A DNA stretch of 64,000 bases from Podarcis pityusensis (taxonomy: Eukaryota), in the NCBI GenBank assembly GCA_964106645.2, contig OZ067048.1. The stretch is one strand, 5' to 3'. The first letter of the stretch is position 1. Every line of letters begins with the position of its first letter. The position numbers and the translations under genes are program-made. Shown here in pieces: positions 13,602-27,600 of this stretch. The notes under the pieces are model-generated. The model did no database searches and was not told the DNA's origin. It saw only the letters and a program-made list of their open reading frames with translations.

Positions 13602-16600
13602 CTGAAGAGGAAGAGATTAATGGAAAAAAATAAAAAAATAAATATGAAACATTAACTCAGATAAAAAGGTGTGCGTGAAATAAAGGCTGAAAATGAACGT
13701 GCAAGGCTGTGGCGTCCCACATGCTTTCACAAAGCACTGTGTGGCATCTAACCATCTAAAAAATATTGGGTGAAATCCAGAAGCATCTTAAATCCCACTG
13801 AAATCAACAAGGACCTCTTACTTTATGATGCACTTAAGCAAGACGAAGAACAGCGTACCTGCTGAATGAATGGGCCACTGATTTAAAGTATGTTCCCTAG
13901 AAGATAAGCACCATTTTGATGAATGCAACGAACTTCTGAAGAATGTTTTATAGTTAGGCTGTAAGGAACTAACCAGTGCTCTTGAAATTAACACAGTGTT
14001 CATTTACTCTATAAGTACCACAAAGGGTTCTAGAGGAATTTGATTTCTCTGAATTCCAATGTGGACTAACCTGATCAACACCTCCCAGACTAATGTGTAA
14101 ATCATCACACAATTATCCTAGGGGTTTTGCACTTCTCCAAGTTTTGTAACACAGATCTTGGCTTCAAAAAGTGTCAAAATGTGTTTAAAACCCACATTCC
14201 CCCGCAGATTCCATATATTAATTCAGAAATGGACAGAATGGGTTTATGGATGAGCACAGGCAGATCTGACACAGATTGGAATAGAAGGATTCATCCCTAA
14301 CACACACTCACTCACTCACTCACTCACTTACACCCTTTCGACAGTTGCCATCAGGATGCACTGATAAGAATGCTGTCACAAGAACCATCAAATTAATCAT
14401 TCTACGGCTGGTATTTCAAACTGTAAGGCAGCCCTGCTCACATATTTATCTGTAAAAACATGTATATTTTTATAAAATGGTTGCCATGCTACTTAGTTGA
14501 CATAAACTGACTGCTTATTATCTGAACATTGTAAAATGCTGTCAAATATTCCATAAAACCTCAAATGCCATTGTATAAGTGGCAGCTTTCTATTTTAAAA
14601 TCCCAAATGTGTTGCCATTTGTAAGCAAAGGCAGGCATGAGGGCATAGCAAACTTATTATACTGGTCACCTAGTATAACTCTAGGCATCACTACATAGGA
14701 ACAGGGGTCACAGGCTGACATCAATAGCAAAAGGCTACTGAGGGACTGACCTTATTGCTTCCTATAGGAAGTAGGGACAATAGCCTCTCCATATGATTTG
14801 GCTGTCTGTCCTGCAAATCTCCTGCTAAGGATTGGATTCAGGTTTAGAAAAATAATTGCCATTTTAAAAAGCCATAGGTAACTGGGGTACATCTAGTCTT
14901 CTCAAGGCAAAGTGCCCTGTCCATATTCCCCAGGTCAGGCAGGATGGAGTTTGAATAAGAACTATTGCCTCCACAATGAATCATCTCAGACTGGGAGCTT
15001 CTACAGGATCTGGAAGCTCTGCCCCTTCCCAGCTCTCAGCCAGCCCTGATCTGAGCAGGTGCTTCCTCGGTTTCTCAAGTAGCCTTGCATCCAACTAGTC
15101 CATCCATGCTTGATGCAGCTCTGAAGTTCCTACCTGGTTCACCGTATCCTCTGCTCCTCTTCTGAGGAGACCTCAGGTTTATGGGCTGGTAAGGGCTGAA
15201 TCCTGACAGTTCCACAATGATGGTGGGAGCCACTAAAAGGGCTCTATCCCATGCCACCACCAACCACGCTTTCATCCTAGATGGGACACAGATAAGGGCC
15301 TCTCCATCTCATATTAGGGAAGTAGGTAGGTTGGTACAAGAGGAGGCAATCCCCCTGGCATCCTGGACCCACCATGGTTACTTTAGTACAACTAAAGTAC
15401 AACCCGCAAATCTCCACATAGGTTTTTAGTAATTATAATAAAAAATACATGTCCACAAGTCTTAAATGACTACCAGGCCGCAGTTACCTAAATGCCAAGT
15501 ATAAGCTGAAGAATACTAGAAGCATTAGATCACCACACCCAACCACCTACTGCAAATAAGAGAATTCCAGATACACCTTAATCTTTACTTTCCCCATCTA
15601 AATTAATGTCTCTTTTACTCAGAAGGTAGAAGGAAGAAAAGCTTTCCTTTTCGTCTGCGCATAATAATATCTGGGCAGCTTTGTTATTTGAAATCTCAGT
15701 TGTTGTGATAATCTAGCCACCTCTCCTATTTCAAAAAGCACTTCATCTTACAAAACACTTCTGTAAATATTTCAGCCATTTGCAGCATGGTCCATTCCAC
15801 CATGAGCACATATCTGAAATAAGTGCCATTCTTCAGACTGCATATTGACTCAAGGAAGCAGGTGCATGACTATAAATATGAACAGCAAGAGTATCAGTGA
15901 TTCATCACTTCCTGTGAAAGACTGCAATGCTACTGATACCTTTGTTGCACAACCTTCCATTAATATGTTTATGGAAGGATTTAAAATGCAGTCTGTGAAC
16001 AACCAGGAAACAATGGCAGCAAAATAACCTTAGAAAAATTTCACTATTTTAGCTAACATCAGTGTTTCACAATGGGAAAATTAATGATGCTTTTTTAAAA
16101 AAATTGCATTGCAACTAAATGAAAGAGAAACAAAAATTGGGAGTTCCTGTAGCTACTATCAAACATAGTCAGAAAAAGGATAAGGGTTCTATGTTGCCGC
16201 TTCTCTCCAGAGCAGAAAAATTCAGTACATTTTAGATATTGGAGGGTTGGAGGCATATACATATTTTAAGTGCACTTCTGCAAGAACTCCTCGTCAGGCG
16301 AAATAAGCAAAGCAAAGGGATGGAGAAGAAAAGCTGGATGATGTGAAGTCATCTTGAAAGAGTGTTAAGGTGGAATATGAAGAAGGTGGCAGACATTCAA
16401 ACTACATAGATTGTGGGTGCTATGGAGATTCCAGGTTGCACCACAGCCTTTAGGGGGTGGGGGAGAAATACACAATGGCTGATTCCCCATCTCTGTATAC
16501 TTATATACCATTCTCTTGACCTGTCTCCAATGTTAGGCAAAACACACGGGTTACTTTGTAGGTATCAGGTAAGTGGGTATTTATAAGTTACCCACAGTCA

Positions 16601-16751
16601 GAGAAGAAGAATTTCCCATTATGACAGAGCCCTCTCCCCTAAAAAAAGTATGAGTACTTGTTCAATGTTGTAACTTGTGCATAGATCTGTATCAAAGAAC
16701 ATTATACAGGGATGCGCTTTTTGGAAGCATCTGACTGGCCAATGTAACATA

Positions 16752-17009
16752 CTGTATTTATGCTCTGTAAGACTCACTTTTTCCCTCCTAAAAAGTAAGG
16801 GGAAATGTGTGTGTGTCTTATGGAGCGAATGCAGGCTGCGCAGCTATCCCAGAAGCCAGAACAGCAAGAGGGATCGCTGCTTTCGCTGTGCAGCAATCCC
16901 TCTTGTTGTTCTGGCTTCTGAGATTCAGAATATTTTTTTCCTTCTTTTCCTCCTCCAAAAACTAGGTGCGTCTTATGGTCTGGTGTGTCTTGTAGAGCGA
17001 AAAATACGG
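16752..17009. mobile_element. Tc1/mariner MITE, family C
   Basis: TIRs CTGTATTTATGCTCTGTAAGAC and GTCTTGTAGAGCGAAAAATACGG. Confidence 0.75.
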
Positions 17010-17729
17010 GCCTTAAGCCACAGCTCATAGAACCACTCTCTACCTCCCAGCACTTTCCCTGCTTTTCTTTATATATATATCATTGCACAAATTTGCCTCT
17101 ATACCATTCTTCAGAAGCAGAGAGCTCTTTTCAAGGTTTTCCGTGTCCAGCTATTTCATGAGTTACACTTTTCCAGCATACCCTCCCGGGTTTTGTTCTT
17201 CCATACAAAGCCTGTGGTACATATGCACATATTGCTGTGTTAAAAGTGATGAGATTAACTAAAAACAGACTCTAAACCCATTTGCTATTTTACTGGTCTT
17301 AGCCTTACCAACGAATACTTATGGGCCAGACCAATACAGAACTTAAACTTCAAAGTTTCAAGTGTGCAGGCACTGACACTTAGGATACAAACGAACATTT
17401 TATTTAACAGTTCATGCATGCAGCAAATCATAAAATTAGTTATCTCTTAAGTTTTTAAGCAGGCCATAAAAAAACAACAGTTATCATGAGAGATCAAGAA
17501 ATGGCTGCAAAAAAGATATGAATCGGAACACCCTATTCAGCTACCCTACAGATAAGGAACCCAGGACTCTCCATTCATTGTTGGACTACAACTCCCATGA
17601 CTGCTGACTATTAAACTATGCTGTATGAGGCTGATGGGCTCCAACAACATCTGGAGGGCCACAGGTTCTACATCTCTGAGCTAACCTTACTAGGACTGTA
17701 AGTGCAAGCTGTTTGCCTAATATATATAT

Positions 17730-17864
17730 CAGGCTTCCTCAACCTTGGCCCTGCAGATGTTTTGAGACTACAATTCCCATCATCCCTGACCACTGGTCCT
17801 GCTAGTAGGGTTCATGGGAGTTGTAGGCCAAAAACATCTGGAGGGCCAACACTGAGGAAGCCTG
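17730..17864. mobile_element. Palindromic hAT-type MITE
   Basis: TIRs CAGGCTTCCTCA and TGAGGAAGCCTG, near-perfect 8-bp TSD (A/G)TATATAT. Confidence 0.8.
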
Positions 17865-19468
17865 GTATATATCTTCTTGTTATTCTGGATTTTGAAAAAG
17901 AGGAAATATATTTCTTTCCTATTGACACTCAATAGCCAGTCTGTGTGACTCTGAGGCCCTGATACCATGAGCCAACTGCAGTACGTTCTTCTGCAATATA
18001 GAAAGCTACTAAAATCCATCAAAATTTTATTTTGCATTTATATTTTGAGGTTTCATTAATGTCACTTGACAGTCCCCACTTTCGCAAGCGTGCAGTATGT
18101 AAATCTACAGGCATGAGGCCACTCATTCTGTGCAGAAACAAATTTAGGAAAGTGAATTTTATCTTTTTACAGTACCTATTTATGGACAGTGTGTTGCTTT
18201 GCTAAAAACAGTGGCAGTTGTTTCAGCATGCTGCAATTGATTAGTTTGAGGAAGAAAGAACAAAGTGGGGGAAAGAACTCACATTCTCAGTTCTTAGTTG
18301 CATGAAGGATGCTAAACATAGTTCTCAGATTGTTTCATCTGTTGAAGCCAGTAGTTTGTAAGGGCATGAAAAAAATAAGCAAAAGGGATATATTTAAATT
18401 TCAGGGGGAAAGAGAATATAAGGTAGCCAGTTTCACCCGTGTTTCACCCAAGTCTCTTGAGAGTGAAAGCCTCTCCAGTCCTGCCATCTGGTCTTTAGGC
18501 AAGATTAAAAACCTGCCTGGTAAAGCAATAAATTTTCAGACTATATGAAGAACAGGCTGAACCACTGTTTTCTTTTTTTAACAAAAATGAACATTTTTAA
18601 AATAGTTGTCACTCATTTTAGTCTCTCATTGTTGATCTGCAAAATCTCATCTCTTTTGGAGGGCCAACAACACGTTCACTCATTCTTTTTTTTTTTTTTT
18701 ACAGTGACTTTTTCAGTTTTGGATATAAAAGGGTCTTTGGGGACCTGCATGGCCTTTCATGTGACAGCTTCAAAGGCTAGTTTTTCCATGTGAATAACAG
18801 GTAGCAAAAATAACACGGCATAAAATAATGATTGTCATCCTTGATCTATACATCTACCTTCTGAAATTACTCTAATGCTTTCTGTAGGAGAGACTGGAGT
18901 GTTTGCTTTAACAAGCAGATGTGGCCTAGACACTTTATTCCTGGGTTGTTGTTTTTTAAATCTACAATCCAGTTCTTCAAATCTACATACACATTATCTT
19001 TCTATCTGCTTTGCTATGTCAAGATTATACAGATAATACTTATATGTCCATGAGACTACCAGCTGGAGAGCTAAAGATATGCTGCATGGAAAATATACCG
19101 TACATCCACAAAATATAAATGTAAGATGTTGGGGTATAATCTGCAACAGGTATTGTGGAAATTGCAGAGGTACTGGGAATCAGAATAGTGCATGATTTAG
19201 TACAGCAGAGGGGAACTTAAGGCCTGCGGGCCAAATTCTGCCTGCCATGCCACCCCATTCTCCTCCAATAGTACATTCTCCTCCATTGAAGAGCCATGAA
19301 ACTTCAGAACCATGGGCAGCAGCTGCTATGACATTTCTGACCAGCCGCTTACAATCAGTACAGGGGATTGTCGCTTTGTCTCCTTGGTGTTATATTGAAT
19401 TCTAGGTATGTTTAGTGATAATAAAAATGTAAGCATACTTATTAAATATGACCTAGTTCAATAGTGGT

Positions 19469-19831
19469 GGGACACGGGTGGTGCTGTGGTCTAAACCACT
19501 GAGTCTAGGGCTTGCCAATCGGAAGGTTGGCGGTTCGAATCCCCGCGACAGGGTGAGCTCCCGTTGCTCGGTCCCAGCTCCTACCCACCTAGCAGTTCAA
19601 AAGCACATCAAAGTACAAGTAGATAAATAGGTACCGCTCCAGCGGGAAGGTAAACGGCGTTTCCGTGTGCTGCTCTGCTTCACCAGAAGCGGCTTAGTCA
19701 TGCTGGCCACATGACCTGGAAGCTGTCTGAGGACAAACGCCAGCTCCCTCGTCCTATAGAGCGAGATGAGCGCCGCAACCCTAGAGTCGTCCACGACAGG
19801 ACCTAACGGTCAGGGGTACCTTTACCTTTTA
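19469..19831 (+). mobile_element. Sauria SINE, full length (second subfamily)
   Basis: Same head and tail. TSD CTAGTTCAATAGT (19453-19465 and 19832-19844). Confidence 0.92.
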
Positions 19832-21631
19832 CTAGTTCAATAGTATTTTGTGAAGCAGGGATAAACTACTTGCTTGGAATTACATAACCAACAAGTTACC
19901 ATCTTTTTGCATGCATGCTTGTTCTTGAGTGATATTTAGACACGGACATAATGGGCTATATTCAACACTGCGTGAGCACACAACAGAACTTCCCTCCTTC
20001 TCCTCCTCTCCTTGCATCCCCCTTAATCTTCTCCCTAACAGATATTGAGGGTTTGAGGTGTGGTGGTGTCTGCAATCAAGAGGAAAGGGAAGTCCCACTG
20101 TACGAGTGAAAATCTGTTGCGCAGGCAGAGCACCAGTGTTGGTTGCAACCAAATATGCTGAAGACCAATTTCCTTTATTCAGAAGGGATCTGTTACTTCC
20201 TGAATCTTGGCTAAGCATGGCTATTTTATGGGCCTTCCTCCTGAGTCAAGAAAGCTTAAGCCCATCTAGACATTATACTTGGCCATGTGGCAGACACTAA
20301 GACTCTCTCAAATAATACTAGCAAGTTTCTCCCACCATGTAGAAAGCAATGGCATCATTAGCTAGCACAACAATGCCACTCTATAAAAAAAATTAAAAAC
20401 ATTGACCACTCATCACTCTAGAGAATGAAAAATATGGCTTCTTCTGAGGTACACAGGCCACTTAAGGAATCAGGTTTATTAAACTCTGCCTGCATAATAG
20501 TGGGCAGGAAATTTGATGGAGTGGAGAAAGAGAGGGAAAAAGAAAGTATATCTAAACGGAATCTACAGAAGTTCCATCTTTTGACTTCATCTCTGTGTTA
20601 TTTCACAGTCTTATGTTACATTCCTGTCTACATACATACAGGTTTATTTGTCCTCCCTTACGGCTTTTCACATATGCCTGATTCAATTCTTACATTGGAG
20701 CCAGAAGAGCAACAGAAAGTCAGTAGCTGATTTGTGCTCACACTAGCAAGGATGCTCTAATCAACTGAACAAATGTTTGATTGCCGTTTCTGGTGGGGGA
20801 GTGCAACATTCCTATCATTTTATTCATATAATTCATCAATAAAGTCAGTTGTGACCTATCTGATCAATTTAATGGTAGGTATTTCAGCTTAACTATATAG
20901 TTAGTTCTTGACTGAATCTCTTGCAAGAGAGCATGCAGCGAAAGCATGAAGTAGAACCATGCCATTTACAGATGCACAGAGACTTAGCAATAAATTTTCT
21001 TATCTTTTGTATTACAGACTGCTTCCAGAGAATTGCCCTAGGAACAGTACAGCAGTATTTTTGTGCTATCTTACAGAAGAGCAAGATCTATCAAGTCTAG
21101 CCCCTTTAAAAATAGAAATCCAGATTCATTTAATAGAATATAATGAATGCATACATTGCTGATTTCAAATACTTCGCACACGGCATCCTTGAATATCCTA
21201 TACTATGCATTCATCTTGCTTTAGCAGATTCACTGCTGGATAAATTGGAATTACTCTGCAGATATTAAAAGTTTATACATCCCTGGATTCCAACATGCCA
21301 ACTATAGCAGTTAACTTGACTAACACATTGAGAGACTTGTATCCAGTGTATTGAATGTGATATTATTTTCAAAATTGAATCCCAAGACAGCTGCCTGTAT
21401 TATACTTTTCAGACAAGCAATCACTCCTGTGAGTCTGTCCCCTTTCTGAACACATGCAAATAAGAAGAGCATTCCCAGATTCTGGCTAGAAGGAATGGGT
21501 CTGCATTGGTCACAGATGAAAGAAGAGTAAATCACAGGGCATTCCGTGTCCAAATAGAGCAATATGAGAACCTAAGTTAGGAGAACAGGTGGTGGCACTA
21601 ATAAAAGACCCAGGCCTCAAATATGCTATTC

Positions 21632-22182
21632 CATGGATAGGCAGACTAAGGCCCAGGGGCTGGATCTGGCCCAATCGCCTTCTAAATCTGGCCTGCGGAT
21701 GATCCGGGAATCAGTGAGTTTTTACATGAGTAGAATGTGTCCTTTTATTTAAAATGCATCTCTGGGTTATTTGTGGGGCATACAAATTCATTCATTCCCC
21801 CCCCCCCAAAAAAAAAGTCCGGCCCCCATAAGATCTGAGGGACAGTGAATCATAGAATCATAGAATCGTAGAGTTGGAAGAGACCACAAGGGCCATCGAG
21901 TCCAACCCCCTGCCAAGCAGGAAACACCATCAGAGCACTCCTGACATATGGTTGTCAAGCCTCTGCTTAAAGACCTCCAAAGAAGGAGACTCCACCACAC
22001 TCCTTGGCAGCAAATTCCACTGTCGAACAGCTCTTACTGTCAGGAAGTTCTTCCTAATGTTTAGGTGGAATCTTCTTTCTTGTAGTTTGGACCCATTGCT
22101 CCATGTCCGCTTCTCTGGAGCAGCAGAAAACAACCTTTCTCCCAGTGGACCAGCCCCTGCTGAAGAAGTTTGCTGACCCCTG
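21632..22182. mobile_element. Non-autonomous hAT element hosting the CR1 fragment
   Basis: 8-bp TSD TGCTATTC and imperfect TIRs (right end AAGTTTGCTGACCCCTG). Confidence 0.85.
21848..22142 (-). mobile_element. CR1 LINE 3' fragment
   Basis: ORF2 end RTWSNGSKLQERRFHLNIRKNFLTVRAVRQWNLLPRSVVESPSLEVFKQRLD and (ATTCTATG)n tail. CAGTG is duplicated at both ends. Confidence 0.92.
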
Positions 22183-23096
22183 TGCTATTCTAATATAAGC
22201 TCAAAAAATCTACTGTATATGCTTGTGAAAGACCTTAGATGGAGTCGATGGATGAACAGCGCATGTCTTGGAGTTATTTAATGTTTGTTTCACTTACTGT
22301 TTCTTTCACTGTATACATAGAAAAAGCAAGCACCTTTTAACTTCTTTTTATCTTACATGCTTTAAGGTCTAAAACTCTTAATAGGTATCATCCCATCTTA
22401 ACAAATGATTGAGAAAACATCACGTTTAGCATGTAGACTAGGGAGTGTCTTGTAGGGTTCTGGGTGTGCATTCTTGATCTTTTTAAAGTCCCTTGATCGA
22501 GGACAGCATTCCGCAATTAAGAAAAGAAAGGTGCAGTAATATTTTGAGATATCATTCCATCTCTCACTGCACTTAGTCCTGGATGTACTTATCAGTGATG
22601 AGAGGGGGCAGAGGTTCAATCCATCAGCACTTTCCACAGCGAAATCCTATGCATGATTTCAGTAACGCCAAGCTAAAATAGCATGGGGCATATTTCAAGA
22701 AAATGTTTACTTCCCATGAAACATACAGACTTTTGTGAAAGCACGGGTACTGTTCTGGGGGGCAGAGGGGACAGGACATCCAATATGAGGGCATGGGTCA
22801 CCATGACCAAGGCAATCTGGCTGTTCTCCCCTTGCCCCAGCCAAGTCACATGTAGATGACTAACTGGGGCAGAATGCACAGGGTGATGAAGCAGCAGTAT
22901 ATTAGGGCAACAATAGCAGTAAATAGGTGCCATAAATGTGCAAAGAGCAAGTTTTGAATTTTTCACAGACATCTTCATTCTATAGTCTGACACAACAACA
23001 TTCACATCAAAAACCAAACCTCACAAAAATGAGGCACAGCAACAATTCACACTGATTTCAATAGTGTTTACTTACTTACACAGTAAGTACTTAGGT

Positions 23097-23188
23097 CATA
23101 GCCGTCAACTTTTCCCTTTTCTTGTGAGGAATCCTATTCGGAATAAGGGAATTTCCCTTAAAAAAAAGGGAAAACGTTGACAGCTATG
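23097..23188. mobile_element. 92-bp hAT-type MITE
   Basis: TIRs CATAGCCGTCAACTTTTCCC and GGGAAAACGTTGACAGCTATG, 8-bp TSD ACTTAGGT. Partial inverted copy at about 27513-27590. Confidence 0.85.
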
Positions 23189-24106
23189 ACTTAGGTATAC
23201 ATACTCAGAAGTAAGTCCCACTGAACTCGAGCCTTCATAATACTGAACTTGCTTAGGACTGCAGACTTAGGCCCACTGATTTTGATACAAGAGCTGAGAA
23301 AATGCTATTCAGACAAACGGAAGTGGCAGGATCATGTCCGTTCTATTAGGCATGGAAAACTGTGACTTGCTAAAAGCATAGTGGGCATAAACCATATTCC
23401 ACTCAAGCCAACAGCAAGACTCAGATTGATTTTTAATGGTTCTGGATGGCACCCAATGCCTCGTATTTTCAACTAAAAATTGTTTTACATTCGTACGTGA
23501 CAGTTTATTAAACAGTGCCCACAACTCCTTTCAATTTCTCGCTGACCTTTGACAAAGTAGAACACTTTGTTTTGGACAAACTAATTATTTAAACTAAAAT
23601 ATATGAATACATTTGCAGATGCAGTCAGAATATATTTTCGGTGTGGCACACAAGGGTTTAGATGTGTGACTTCCAATTCCCTTAATGGGAGCTATCTGGC
23701 TAATCCTCAATGCATTTCACATAAATTGTACCCCATACAGTGCATATATAATAAGTAAAGGTGGTGATTTTCTGCTATGACTATTGGCAGGAAGGAGAAA
23801 ATGAAAACATTTTCATTTTGCAGAGCCAGCTTGCTATTGGAATAGTGATTTTTGCCTGCATAAAGAGCAAAACCAGAACCTACAAAACAATATTACAAAT
23901 CTCACTGCGGTCTCCAACAGTGCAAATTCTCATTTGCAATATAAAAGACGGACCTATTCTTTTTATTGTGAAATATATTTAACTCTGGGCACCACACAGT
24001 GAAAGTTATCATTTAGCAATTCCAAATCATTGTTCCAAGTTAAAACATTTGTGTTCATTACTGCTGAAGTAAAAGACAACCTGTCAAGTGAGAGATGAAT
24101 GCTCAC

Positions 24107-24364
24107 CTTATAACAAACTCGTGGTTGTCAATCTCTTTTCCACAGCCACTATCAAGGAGAATACCAGAATTTCCTACAACAGCACATGACTTAAATCGGC
24201 GGTTCTTCATTGGTGAAACTTCTGGAAGAAGACTGTGTAAATCCTGAGAAATATTTAGTGTGCGGCGTCTGTCTAGCACGTAATGGATTACATCTCCTGG
24301 CTTGAAGCTGCTTTTGACTACTGAGACATCTCTTTCTGCATCCAAGAAACGAAGAATGTTCTTC
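24107..24364 (-). CDS. ST8SIA4: ST8SIA4 coding exon 3 (258 nt): polybasic region and first half of sialylmotif L
   Basis: Acceptor ATACAG|G, donor AG|GTGAGC. Encodes [23 protein letters not shown]...[31 protein letters not shown]. Confidence 0.98.
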
Positions 24365-24412
24365 CTGTATTGAAAACAAGAATGCAAATTTATGATACCT
24401 CTGCAAGATATA

Positions 24413-24663
24413 CAGTGGTACCTCAGTTTCCGAGCATCTCGGAAGCCAAATGTTTCAGTTTTGAACGCCGAAAACCCGGAACTAATCGGTTCCATTTTTG
24501 AACGCTTTTTGGAAGTTGGACAGCTTCCGCTGAGTTCCTCCCTCCCCCCCCCCAATTTTCTCCACTGAAATTGCAGACCACCCATTGTGCCTTGGTTTTC
24601 GAACGTTTTGGAAGTCAAACAGTCTTCCGGAATGGATTATATTCGAAAACCAAGGTACTACTG
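24413..24663. mobile_element. Tc1/mariner MITE, family B, next to the exon 3 acceptor
   Basis: CAGTGGTACCTCAGTTT and AAACCAAGGTACTACTG with TA TSD. Confidence 0.82.
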
Positions 24664-27600
24664 TATTCCAAAAGAGTAGCCTGTTGCTTGGAGCAAAATT
24701 GCAGCGTAATCTTGCATGGACTTTTAGAAAGGTTTACATGCAACATCAAACCATGGCTTGGTACTGATATCCAAGGCGAGTGCCACAATTGAAGATTTCC
24801 AATTTGAAAGAAATGAAATGTTTTGCTAAAACCAGGAAGGAATCACCATAGGGAAATCAGGAGGTAAGGGCAGCAATGAGAATCCTTGATTGTTCATTCA
24901 TAAGAAATAAAACCAAGCCATGATTTGGCATTCCAACCTCAACCACCCTTTCACAAATACACTTCATCCATCTGATCACACTAATTCTGGCCTCCTCAAA
25001 GTTAGCCTTCAATGTGCAACATCACTTTCCTTTTTCCAGTAACAGCTGAAACATCTCAAAAACAAAACAAAGCATGAAAACTGTTACTTTGTGGGTTTCA
25101 TTAAACCGTGATGAGACTGCATTTGTAAACATATGATTTAAAAGCCACCACTTGATTTTAAAATGTCAAAGCTCAGTTTCCATTGATCCACCTTTACTGA
25201 TTTTTTAAATACAAGAATATTGATTATTATTTTTAAAATCAAAGCAGCAATCAACAGTTCTAGAGCAAGAATCAAGTTCAATAATATTGTTGAGAAAATA
25301 AATGTAACTCGTGGAGCCCAGGCTCAAAACCAGCATGTTTATGGTTTCTAATCAATAAGGCACAATAAAAAAACTCATAGAAGTCAGCAGCAACATGGTC
25401 ATTGATTTTAGCAGGGTTATAATATTCTAAATTATAGGCTCGTATGAAATTCTCATCTTATTAAGTAATTGTGTGAAGAAAGAGATAGGTGAATTTAATT
25501 CTGGTCTGGCCACTTCCACATTTCTACCCATTTCCTATTCAATCTGCAATTTTTAAAAAGTCCTCTCAGAGTACATATGAAAATGTTCATGCATTTTTCT
25601 CTCAAAATGTTTCTGTGAATGCATATTATGATACATTTAAACACCAGAGGACTATATTGCAACATTCCGAGAAACAGAAAATCCCAGGGATAACAAAATT
25701 TCAATATGCACATTAGTTCCAGAGGTGCAGATTAGTGCACTGTTTATGAACACAAGGCATGGATACATGCTGGTCGCATTTAAGCTAATCCTGCACATTA
25801 GCACTGAGGCCTAAACCAGGAGTTCCCAAACTGTGGGCCCTGGACCACCAGAGGTCCTTGAGTACCACTGAGGTGACCCGTGACATTTCTGTGGATTTGG
25901 GGTTGAAGACACGAGATGGCACAGCCATTGTATTAAATATTCAGCCGCTCTGGGAAGATGAGAAAGATTCTTCCCTTCTGCCCTGAGCTAATTGCACAAT
26001 TTCTTCTGCTACAATACACACAAGCTATCCACAGCAGTGGTGCAGCATTGGGAGGGGCACAGGGAAGATTACCCCCGGTGCAAAATTGTCAGGCACACCC
26101 AGTGATGCCTCAGTAAAACAGCTGTGTGCTTCCATTGCTGGGCTCCGTTGAGAAACGGTTTCTCCATGTGAACCAGGAAGTGACCTCTCCAGACAATGGA
26201 ATAGCTCTTCGCATCTCTGCAGCTGAGATCTCCTGGGTGACGCAGACACCATTAGGCAGATCAATGCGCAGGTGTGCTCCATCCGTTTCCCTCCCTCCCC
26301 CATTTGTGTGCGGCCCCGGAAAGTGGCAACCCACAGTATGCCACTGCTCAGAGCAACTAAGGTCTCTGAAAGAGAAATGTCTTTTTGAATACCTTTTGAT
26401 ATTCCAGACATCTATAAATTAAAGACCAGCCTGAGATTTCTGTGAGAACAGGCTTGTGAGTCACTTTTTAGGAAACAGACAGTGTGCCCCAGGAGACTGT
26501 CTCTCACACACATTATCTCTTCAAACACAATACACATCCTGCCCACCTGATAAATGTCCCATCACGTAGAGATACTTAAGGAACATCTATGTCTTAGCAC
26601 AGTTATTCCTTTCTTCTCCCTTGGCACCTTAGTAATTAACATCCTACTTAGAAGACAGCTTCACAGCTAACCAGTGGCTTATCCTCTACCTTTAAAGTTG
26701 TCCCCATAACTCCAGATTGGCCTACAGACCTAACAGAAAATTCCGCACTCTAAATCATCCTTTTGAAAAAGAGGTGCTTATTCCATGAAGGGGGTGAAAA
26801 ACCACTCATTCAGGAAAAAGAATGGGACCCATGAATTCATGACAAGAGACTAAAGATTATCAATTACTACTAATAAATTTTACTTTCAAAAGGGTTATTG
26901 AAATGGAAGCATTTCTATGATATGACATAGCATTTCCCACAGAACGACACTGAAAGTAACATTGAGTTTTTCATAACTCAACTTTCCAAATAAATGAGGC
27001 CAATAAACAGTTAGGTAGACATTGAAAGGCGGTGGCTTCCAATGTACTGCAGAACTAACTATATGTAGCCTGTCTGCCAGCTGGACAGAATATGTGGGTA
27101 TTTCACATCACTGGGACACCCCCCACCATCCTGCATCTCTGTCGCTCACCCCCTTCCCTACTGCTAACCCCTTCCTCACCCACCTGCTCTCCCCCTCCTT
27201 CCTTTCCCCTCTCTTAGGGTTGCCATATTGACAGACTTACCATTCGCGCAGAGGCTTCTGCTTGCTGGTGCCTCACTGAGCAGGCTCCGCCTCTCCCTTT
27301 CAGGCCTTAGGCCTCCCTCCAAATGGCCGTCAGCAAGTTGTATCCAGGAGTAGGCCCACCGGCGGCCCCCAAAGGCTGCTCAAGCCATGTCAGAGGGGTC
27401 ATGGCCAGCAGCTGCATCGGCAGTTGCAATGGTGGCTGCGGCAGCTATGTCAGCACTGTGGCCTCTGCAGTCCTGCCCGGGCCTTCCCCAGCAGCAGCAG
27501 TGGCACCCCTAACAATAGCTGCCAACGTTTCCCATTTTTAAAGGAAAATTCCCTTATTCCAAATAGGATTCCTCGCAAGAAAAGGGAAAACCGCATTGAG

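Noticed and set aside
24365-24618. N-terminal extension of the 171-aa ORF containing exon 3
   Set aside because: Chance open frame through intron and MITE sequence upstream of a canonical acceptor.
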